Part shown: one piece after another, positions 17,626 through 25,426 of the stretch
How positions within the stretch are numbered: position 1 is the stretch's first letter
Layout of the letters: every line of letters starts with the position of its first letter
Source of the DNA: Raphidiopsis brookii D9
GTDB lineage: Bacteria; Cyanobacteriota; Cyanobacteriia; Cyanobacteriales; Nostocaceae
Reading direction: 5' to 3'
Length of the DNA: 32,000 nucleotides
Assembly: GCA_000175855.1 (NCBI GenBank)
Contig: ACYB01000031.1
Span: 150,001 to 182,000 of the forward strand
Position numbers and translations under genes: made by a program
The notes under the pieces: model-generated
What the model saw: the letters and a program-made list of their open reading frames with translations, nothing else
Told to the model about the DNA's origin: nothing
Database searches by the model: none

Positions 17626-20600
17626 TTATTTAGAAGAGAGAATCAAACTCAAAACATTTAATTCTTGGGAGTTCAGCAGGTATTTCTCTGTAAACAACTT
17701 ATCTCGCATTTCGTCTAAGCTATAACTGTTGAATACGATAAAGGGAAATTCTTCATAAATGTGTCCTATGGGTAAAATATTAGTTACAGGATATAAAGAG
17801 CGAATGTAAATAGATAATATATCTTTAAATCGCATATCCTCCGGTTCTTGAGGGTGAGTTTCAAAGTATTGTTTCATCACATCACCACTAATAAACGCAA
17901 ATAGAGGAAGAGCATAGTACTGATCTGCTTGTAGACTTTCCTGATATTGATCATACTTTTGACTTTTTTTAGGTGCATTAATTAGTTTTTCCACCAATTC
18001 CATACCATCTTTTACCGCTGAGGTGAGATTTTCTGGATAACTGGGATTGGAACTAATATTTTTCAGCTTGTTTAAGAGTTCTGGGTTAGCATATTTTTGG
18101 ATTTCTAACAACGGTATGGAATAGGACTGTCGAATTTGGGAACAGGGAACAATCAATAATCCACCACTAATATAAGCCAATTCTAAGGGAATAAAATCCA
18201 ATAGCTGGTCTAATGTTTTAGAAGAATCGGCAAATTTGCTGTTAAAGCTTTCCCGAATTTTTAAATAACTCTCTTGGTGACTCTTGCTAGTAGTGAATTT
18301 AGCTCTACTCATTAATGATTCTATTTTCATATAGGCATCTTGTAAGCAAGTATGACTTTTGTTATAACTATATTCTCTTTTAAGTTGGGTAATTAGATTT
18401 TCGATTTTACTAGCAAAGGAATCTCCCGCTGCAAAGACTGACTTTCCACCAATGGGAATCAGAATATAATTTTTCTTCCCCAGAGAGCCATAACCTTGAA
18501 TTCTGGTCATGATGGATGCTTTGAGAATTAGTAGCAGATTTAATAAACTGAGGCAATTTTCTCTCACCGATATGTCCATTTGATCACCATAGTAAACCGA
18601 ACGTTCTGCTAAATAGAAATTGATATACTTATCTTGATTGTCAATATCATCTTCTCCCCTCCCTCGGTAAATTACCTGAATTATTTCCATGAGATTTTTT
18701 TCAATTTCAAATTTAGGAATCTCTACCAATATATGCTTGGCTTTAGGAAAAGATAATCCCCGACTTCCAGAAGCGGTCATAAATATAACTTTTACTGTTT
18801 TTTGATATTTTTTAACTTCTTCTTTTTCCGCTGCTGATATATTGGCATGTATGGCTAAAAAATGCTGATTTTGTCTAAAATTTTCCCTACCTAGCTCCTG
18901 CTGAATTTTATCAATCAATTCTGATAATTTGGATTTATTTTGGATATAAACTATAAATTGTTCAACATTGTCTTTTGTTAACAATTCTCGGATATCTTTA
19001 AATAGCTCTTCTTGACATTTTTTTTCTAATTCGGATTTGTTTTTTAACTTGGATTGATTATTGAACCGACATGATTCGACAATAATTTGATACTTGATCG
19101 TTAAGCTTTTGGCTGGATAGGTATTTGTATTAATCAAAATAGCACTCTTACTAGCAAATTCAAAAGATTCTACACTAAGAGGTTGAATGTGAGATTCTGC
19201 TCGTCTAAAGTAAATCTTGTTTGGTTGGGGAGAACCATCTTTTAAATGTTGAGATATCACATTTTTATCAACTATAGAAGCATCAGCTACAATAATTTTA
19301 GTGTTAAAACCGTTGTTTTGGTCGCTTAATTGATACTTGTTGACAATTTTTTTGATCCCTTGTAAAAATTCTGCACCTCCTTCATCTCCTGTAATTTCAT
19401 CTATCATAATAAATAGATGTTTAATCCGACTAGATATATTACGCATTCTTTCTGTTAGGACTTTATCTTCTTTGGAGTTGTATGCATCACTAAAGATTTT
19501 TTCTAGGTGTTTTAAGGTATCCCCAAGCTGTGTTTTTCTGAGAGATTGAATAGAAGAGGTAGCAATAATTTGATTATGTTTTTGATCAGCAATTAGATGA
19601 TGTAGTCCTTGACAAATACTATTTAATACTCCCTTATTTTTTGTCCCCATATCCTTAAAAGTATCATCAGTTATTTGTGCCAATCTATTTTTTCTATGGG
19701 ATATTCTGTCCATGTTGTTGCTGTTAAGAAACCGTACATTTCCTAAGGTGAAATCTTCTTCGTGATCATTTGATGTATAAGCAACTGATAGTTCACCAAA
19801 ATTATCTTGAATCAAATTGCTATCGCTGTTAATAGCGAATATTCTATCATCTACAAGTTTACCATCTTTCCGATTCTTAAATTTTTCAATAATATCCAAA
19901 TTAACTTGTTTGCGAGGACTAACATAGAAAAATAAAAAACCTTCATCTTTATGTTCAATAATAAAATCAACGATGGCTGTGGTTTTGCCAATCCCGGGAT
20001 TGCCAGTGAGAAATAGGTAGGTGTTGTCTGAAGCAAGATATCTTTGAATTAATTGATTATGTGCTTGTCTAAAATTAGGTCTTCCCGTTAAATCTAAACT
20101 AGATATCAATTCTGATGGTACGGGAGCAACGGTGTTATAAAATCCTGAAATCGTTTCTATATGAGGTGGTAAAATATTGATGGTGTCTGGGCTAATACCC
20201 ATAATTGAATCAACCATTTTTCTCCCTTGAGCAAAATTTCTTTGGGCGTTAATGCGTATGTTAAGAAAAACTCTTTCACGCACTTCCATAATTTCTTCCC
20301 GTCTATTATGTTCTCGATAAATTTGATAACAGGGTTCCAATAGTTCTAAATTTTCTCCAGGAATACATATAGTGTTCACAGAGCGATCGCTATATCCTAC
20401 AGCATTACAGACTAATCTTTTTCTGTCAGGAATTATCCCTTTTTCGACCAGGTTGCTCTTTTGTAAAAATTGCCAAAAACTATAAATGTAACTACCTGCT
20501 TGAATTGATTTAGCGCTTTCTTTGTCCTGATATTTAAAAGCAGTGAAAAATTCTTTTAAGTCTGAATCAAAGTCTAAACTTAGGGTTTCGGTATCAATCA

Positions 20601-21255
20601 GCAATTTAGAAAATACACTTTTTGAACGTAAGTAGTTGACCTCTTGCAACAATAAGTTCCTAATAATTTCTACATAGTCTATATTTTTTAGATCATCATC
20701 TGTATGAATTGAAAATACTGATAAGTCAAGACATAAAAGGCGATAGTTATTTTTATATCTTAATAACATCAACGTATCAGCATTAAGAAACTCTCCTTTC
20801 TCTTTGTATTTATTAAAATCTTGCTCCCCTATATTTAAGTTTGGCAGCTGAGAGAGCAGGTTTGTAAACCAGTGGGTTTCACTAACTTCATGAGTACCAA
20901 GACTGTTATCATTGTTAAACCGACATTGATAATAGATAATTTCTAAATTATTTAAACTTGATTGATGGTCACATCCCCAAGACTTGAGATATTCCCTAAA
21001 TAAATTTAGTCCAGATAAAAAACCTTTTTGCAAAAAAAAGTCGCACCATGTTTTTGCTATTTCTTGGTCTATATCACTGATTAGTTTGTTAACAATTAAC
21101 TGTTTTATCTTGGAAGGTCTCAGATTTTTTAGTTCTTGACTGTACAAATCGCCAAATCTGTTTTGAATCTGATTTTGATGAATGTAATTAAGTATTCCTA
21201 CATTAAAACCAACCTCAAACAGTCTTCCTAAATCATCAGCTATTTTACCGTTCAT
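17626..21255 (-). CDS. large P-loop NTPase / SF2-helicase-like protein (1209 aa); family not recognised
   Basis: Walker A is LTGNPGIGKTT (aa 416-426, with the GNPGIGKT core at nt 20004..19981). Walker B/motif II is LFIMIDEITGDEG (D619 E620, nt 19401..19396). There is an ADAS motif III-like element. IHANISAAEKEEV and TASGSRGLSFP (aa 827-837) resemble motifs IV and V. QVIYRGRGED (aa 860-869) resembles motif VI. About 400 aa at the N-terminus and about 330 aa at the C-terminus are unassigned. Codon usage is AT-rich. Confidence 0.8.
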   Translation of the reverse strand: MNGKIADDLGRLFEVGFNVGILNYIHQNQIQNRFGDLYSQELKNLRPSKIKQLIVNKLISDIDQEIAKTWCDFFLQKGFLSGLNLFREYLKSWGCDHQSSLNNLEIIYYQCRFNNDNSLGTHEVSETHWFTNLLSQLPNLNIGEQDFNKYKEKGEFLNADTLMLLRYKNNYRLLCLDLSVFSIHTDDDLKNIDYVEIIRNLLLQEVNYLRSKSVFSKLLIDTETLSLDFDSDLKEFFTAFKYQDKESAKSIQAGSYIYSFWQFLQKSNLVEKGIIPDRKRLVCNAVGYSDRSVNTICIPGENLELLEPCYQIYREHNRREEIMEVRERVFLNIRINAQRNFAQGRKMVDSIMGISPDTINILPPHIETISGFYNTVAPVPSELISSLDLTGRPNFRQAHNQLIQRYLASDNTYLFLTGNPGIGKTTAIVDFIIEHKDEGFLFFYVSPRKQVNLDIIEKFKNRKDGKLVDDRIFAINSDSNLIQDNFGELSVAYTSNDHEEDFTLGNVRFLNSNNMDRISHRKNRLAQITDDTFKDMGTKNKGVLNSICQGLHHLIADQKHNQIIATSSIQSLRKTQLGDTLKHLEKIFSDAYNSKEDKVLTERMRNISSRIKHLFIMIDEITGDEGGAEFLQGIKKIVNKYQLSDQNNGFNTKIIVADASIVDKNVISQHLKDGSPQPNKIYFRRAESHIQPLSVESFEFASKSAILINTNTYPAKSLTIKYQIIVESCRFNNQSKLKNKSELEKKCQEELFKDIRELLTKDNVEQFIVYIQNKSKLSELIDKIQQELGRENFRQNQHFLAIHANISAAEKEEVKKYQKTVKVIFMTASGSRGLSFPKAKHILVEIPKFEIEKNLMEIIQVIYRGRGEDDIDNQDKYINFYLAERSVYYGDQMDISVRENCLSLLNLLLILKASIMTRIQGYGSLGKKNYILIPIGGKSVFAAGDSFASKIENLITQLKREYSYNKSHTCLQDAYMKIESLMSRAKFTTSKSHQESYLKIRESFNSKFADSSKTLDQLLDFIPLELAYISGGLLIVPCSQIRQSYSIPLLEIQKYANPELLNKLKNISSNPSYPENLTSAVKDGMELVEKLINAPKKSQKYDQYQESLQADQYYALPLFAFISGDVMKQYFETHPQEPEDMRFKDILSIYIRSLYPVTNILPIGHIYEEFPFIVFNSYSLDEMRDKLFTEKYLLNSQELNVLSLILSSK

Positions 21256-21483
21256 TTGTTCTATCCTTTTATATGATTTTTATTCATTTTGAAAACAAGT
21301 TCTAAATTTCTTTCATTAGTTTGTTAGGTTGTTAGGTTTTTGAGTAGTTCTTCTGACTGATAATTGATTTAATATAAGTTAAGAATGCTAAAGAATTAAA
21401 ATCTGCCTTCTCTCGAATATGTTTCAAAATTGCACACTGAGTTACAGATTCGTCTCCAATTAAATTTTCATAAGGGTCTAATT

Positions 21484-24360
21484 TTAGTTGGGAATTTCCG
21501 ATTTTTTATACCGATAAAAATGAAATAATGCCAAGCATTGTAAAATTTCATCTTTTAATTGACTGTTATTATATATTAATCCTTTTCTGATATCTTCATC
21601 ATCTAAAATTCCATCATAAATATTTAACAGTGTCGCATAAGACATGACACCATGATAGTTAATACTCTGATCAAGGCTGAACCCGTTAAATAAGTTGAAG
21701 AAAATCACAGCTTGTTTATTCTTATCCTCCGCTAAGTTAGTAAGTTCTAGGGTATCTTGAATATATAGGGATGTAAGTTTGAAATTTTCTAGCTTTACCG
21801 CATAGTATTTATCAAAAAACATGGGATAAATTTTGATATTATCTCTTTCTTTTTTTAGGGATTTGATTACATTTTTAGACATAAAGAATAATTCCTCATT
21901 TTTCTCTTTTTGGGTGATATGTAAGGTACTGCTGTAGGGAACTTTAGATATATAAATAAAGTGCTTGTATCCCTTGCTGTAAAGAGTATCCACATTGTCT
22001 ACTATAACAGCGGGATATTCAAACATTTTTTGATGATCTTCATAGTTTTCTGAAAAGGTTTTTAATAGTTGAAACCTGACTGTTTCTTCTTTTACTTCTA
22101 GGACGATAATTTCACCCACTAGGTTAGACGATTTGTATTTCACACTAGAATTCCACACACTATCGGTTTCACGACTAGAAACGATGATAATAGCGAGTTT
22201 ATCAATTTCTTGAAATGTAAATTTCCCGGTTTCCTTAAATTGAAATTTTTTGGGAAGTACGGAATATAGAGAGGTCAAAACATTTGGAATTTTAAAGTTT
22301 ATCTTGGAGGTTTGGGATTTGTTAATCACTATCCCTTGTTGGTTACTACGATATCCATCATTCAGTAAATGAGATATAACTTTAGTTAAACAAACTATAA
22401 AGTTTTCTATGGGTGCATTATCTGTTTTTTCTTTTTGGTGTATTCTTAATAGAGGAACAAATGGTTTTGTCCTATCCGTCAATTGCTTCTCTAAAATGAC
22501 ATAGAGACAAATATAGGTAAGTAGGCTATAGGTGATTTTGTAAATAAATTCTTGATTGGTTTCTAATTGGTCCGTTTCGGAACGATGTGGAAATATTAAC
22601 AATTTACGAGACTTTAAATGCTGATCATAGAATTTTTGCCCTTCTTTCATTGATAAAAATAGCACCGGTAATACTTTAATACCTGGAACCAGATCATATT
22701 TCATATCAAATGTTTGCTGATCTTCTGTTTTTAAAAAATGTATTTCGCTAATACTGATATTTGCTGGTAAAGTAATTAATGACTTGCCTTGGGTTGTGGC
22801 TTCCCCTAGGTTAATATACTGCAAGCATTCCTTTGGTTTTTGTAGGACTTCTTTGAAGAAGGTGGTTCTTTTAGTAATGGTATCAAGGTCATTTTCTAAA
22901 ATACTTTCTTTCACAGAAATATGTAGAGGGTAATGTCTAACTGGGTATGGAGTTTTACGTTTAATTATATTTTTTATCAGTTCTTTTGTCTTGTGGATTT
23001 TTTCCTTTATCTTTAATTCCTTAAACCTCCTAATATAATTTTCAAATAGTCGCTTTTTGGCTTGATCATCATTTCCTTTTAGTATAGGCAATATTTCCTT
23101 TTCTAAAAGTTCAATGGGATTATAATCTAAATCACTTTCTATACTTTCATTGGATGCAAATATAAAACAGTACAAAAATACAGTTTTCAAGACTTTTGTG
23201 GGTAAGGGCGATTTTTTTGATGATTTGGCAATTGCAGTTTTATGCTCTTCCCCATCTGGATTTAAAAGATCTAGGTGATAATCAAAAGAACTATTTTTTT
23301 GGTGAGCTTGCACTTTACCATCCAATTTCATTTTGATTCCAAAGGTAAATTCTATTGCATCTTTCTGGGGACTCTCTACTTCTCCTAAATAGCCTTCTAT
23401 AAGAGGAATGATCGGCAATATATCGTACGCTTCACTACGAGAAAATAGTGCTTGGTAATTAACTGTTACTCCTGCATAGCTAACTTGATAGTCTCCATCT
23501 GCTTTACTGGTGTCGTTAATATAATCTTCTAATAGTTTTAGTCTTCTAATCAGATCCTGTAAATATAGCTTACCTTCTCCTTCATCAACTTGCTCTAACA
23601 GAAATTCCAAATATTTAATTTTAGCGAATTTCTTCAACTTTCCTAAGGTTTCTTGATTTAGAAGATTTTGCAATTTGTAGATGTCTGAATTATGGCTTTT
23701 TTCTAAACTGGAAATTACATAGTCTAAATCTTTTTTATCCTCCTGATCCAAGTCAGCAAATTTTATATTAATATAATTATTGATTCCCTTGACAAGGGTA
23801 GTCGTAAAATCACAGGGCTTATCCACGTGAATTTTGATCTTGTGAGCTTTCAGTAGTTGTTTATTTTTGCTATTGTCATTTTGTCTGACTGTCAGTCTTT
23901 GTTTTTTTAGATTTGTTTCTTCTGCAAATGGATAGGTCAAATCTAATAATTTGTCTTTAGTTTTATAATCTTGCCTATAATTTCCTTTAAATTCATTAAT
24001 ATCTGATGTTAAACTTCTGATAAATTCAACTCTGTCATGGTACTGGCTATTTTTTTGTATGGCTAGGGTCAATTTATCTTGTATCTCAATGGTAATTTTC
24101 TCAATTTGCTTCCTAAATAAGTCTTGAGTATTAGGACTAAAATTTAAAGTAGCTCCACGCGCTGACCGATCACTTACTAATGGATTAGATGGATTCAATT
24201 TCATCACTTCAGTCGCTACTTCTTCTACGTTTATCCTCATCCTACGACCATCCTGTGAAATACTAAATACTGGCTTTTGTGTTAAAATTTCCAGGATTTT
24301 ATTCAGCAGGTCAGAGTAATCTAGGTATGCCAAATCTGAATTAACAACTATTTTATTCAT
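21484..24360 (-). CDS. large protein of unknown function (958 aa); first gene of the AT-rich cassette
   Basis: It is a 2.9-kb uninterrupted ORF in DNA of roughly 28-30% GC, where stop codons are frequent by chance. It is co-directional with the helicase-like gene and upstream of it. I found no recognisable catalytic motif apart from a weak D733...E755-x-K757 pattern. Confidence 0.8.
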   Translation of the reverse strand: MNKIVVNSDLAYLDYSDLLNKILEILTQKPVFSISQDGRRMRINVEEVATEVMKLNPSNPLVSDRSARGATLNFSPNTQDLFRKQIEKITIEIQDKLTLAIQKNSQYHDRVEFIRSLTSDINEFKGNYRQDYKTKDKLLDLTYPFAEETNLKKQRLTVRQNDNSKNKQLLKAHKIKIHVDKPCDFTTTLVKGINNYINIKFADLDQEDKKDLDYVISSLEKSHNSDIYKLQNLLNQETLGKLKKFAKIKYLEFLLEQVDEGEGKLYLQDLIRRLKLLEDYINDTSKADGDYQVSYAGVTVNYQALFSRSEAYDILPIIPLIEGYLGEVESPQKDAIEFTFGIKMKLDGKVQAHQKNSSFDYHLDLLNPDGEEHKTAIAKSSKKSPLPTKVLKTVFLYCFIFASNESIESDLDYNPIELLEKEILPILKGNDDQAKKRLFENYIRRFKELKIKEKIHKTKELIKNIIKRKTPYPVRHYPLHISVKESILENDLDTITKRTTFFKEVLQKPKECLQYINLGEATTQGKSLITLPANISISEIHFLKTEDQQTFDMKYDLVPGIKVLPVLFLSMKEGQKFYDQHLKSRKLLIFPHRSETDQLETNQEFIYKITYSLLTYICLYVILEKQLTDRTKPFVPLLRIHQKEKTDNAPIENFIVCLTKVISHLLNDGYRSNQQGIVINKSQTSKINFKIPNVLTSLYSVLPKKFQFKETGKFTFQEIDKLAIIIVSSRETDSVWNSSVKYKSSNLVGEIIVLEVKEETVRFQLLKTFSENYEDHQKMFEYPAVIVDNVDTLYSKGYKHFIYISKVPYSSTLHITQKEKNEELFFMSKNVIKSLKKERDNIKIYPMFFDKYYAVKLENFKLTSLYIQDTLELTNLAEDKNKQAVIFFNLFNGFSLDQSINYHGVMSYATLLNIYDGILDDEDIRKGLIYNNSQLKDEILQCLALFHFYRYKKSEIPN

Positions 24361-24367
24361 TCTCTGT

Positions 24368-24391
24368 CTATGGTGTTTACTATGGTGTTTA
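24368..24391. repeat. perfect 2 x 12-bp tandem direct repeat (CTATGGTGTTTA)2 abutting the start of the 958-aa gene
   Basis: Read directly: ctatggtgttta ctatggtgttta at 24368-24379 and 24380-24391. The minus-strand ATG of the 958-aa ORF is at 24360-24358. Confidence 0.9.
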
Positions 24392-24699
24392 TATTTTCCT
24401 ACTTTAGTTAATCCTAGTATACATCACTATATCCACTGGTTCAAAGCAGGTTAGAAAACTAGGCGATCGCCTGAGAATGATAAGAAAAAATTATATTTAT
24501 GGGAGGGTAAGATAAGTTTTTTTGTGGTAAAGGTGGTAGAAATGTGGTACTATGAAGGTTGAGTATAATGGAGTGTGAGCAGTTTTAAAAAAATCGCTCA
24601 TATTCCCATTGTCAGGGTATCATGCCCAAGGGTCAATAGTCAACCCCCATTGGGAAAAAAAATTGGCGCGCGAGTATATACACCATTAATTGCGATCGC

Positions 24700-25383
24700 T
24701 CAAAAGAGAATGCTACGTGTTAGGTTTTCTCCTATCAAACCTTGGAACAATCGCAAACCATCCGTACCCCCTAGGGATTGATCCGCTGCTCTTTCTGGAT
24801 GTGGCATCATCCCCAACACATTACCCCCTCGATTGCAAATACCCGCAATATTATTTAGGGAACCATTAGGATTCTCTCCATCATATCTAAACAATACCTG
24901 TTGATTATCTTCAATCGCCGCTAAAGTGTCTTTGTCCGCATAAAATCTCCCCTCCCCATGGGCAATTGGTAGGGTGATCACTTCTTTATCCCCATATCCA
25001 CTGGTCCAAGGTAGGTTGTTACGCTCGACCTTCACAGAAATGCGATCGCAAATAAAATGTAGGTTCTGATTTCTGGTTAACGCACCAGGTAGTAACTTAG
25101 CTTCAGTTAATACCTGAAAACCATTACAAATACCGATGACAAATTTACCTTTTTCAGCATGGTTTACCACTTCCTGCATGACCGGAGAAAACCGGGCGAT
25201 CGCCCCACAACGTAAATAATCGCCGTAACTAAACCCACCGGGAATAATAATTACATCTATATCGCTGATATCTCGCTCCTGATGCCAAACCATACGGGTG
25301 GTATGTCCCAGTATATCTCTGGTAACGTATGCTGCATCGCGATCGCAATTAGACCCTGGAAAAACTAAAACACCAAATTTCAT
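24700..25383 (-). CDS. purQ: phosphoribosylformylglycinamidine synthase, glutaminase subunit
   Basis: MKFGVLVFPGSNCDRD, GICNGFQVL (catalytic Cys), MMPHPER (His/Glu). 227 aa. Confidence 0.93.
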   Translation of the reverse strand: MKFGVLVFPGSNCDRDAAYVTRDILGHTTRMVWHQERDISDIDVIIIPGGFSYGDYLRCGAIARFSPVMQEVVNHAEKGKFVIGICNGFQVLTEAKLLPGALTRNQNLHFICDRISVKVERNNLPWTSGYGDKEVITLPIAHGEGRFYADKDTLAAIEDNQQVLFRYDGENPNGSLNNIAGICNRGGNVLGMMPHPERAADQSLGGTDGLRLFQGLIGENLTRSILF

Positions 25384-25426
25384 ACCAACCTTTATGAAAA
25401 CTCAAGTATACCAAGGAAGTGATCTC

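Noticed and set aside
16990-24699. A classic tmRNA-targeted genomic island (integrase plus an att duplication of the ssrA 3' end)
   Set aside because: The AT-rich cassette abuts the 5' (promoter) side of ssrA, not its 3' end. I found no integrase gene and no duplicated copy of the ssrA 3' segment at either border. The only shared flanking motif is HIP1-containing (AGGCGATCGC), which is generic in this genome.
24575-24781. 68-aa plus-strand ORF in the cassette-purQ gap
   Set aside because: Its 3' third overlaps the purQ C-terminus antisense, it has an alternative (non-ATG) start and an unremarkable sequence. The region more likely holds the purQ terminator and the cassette promoter.
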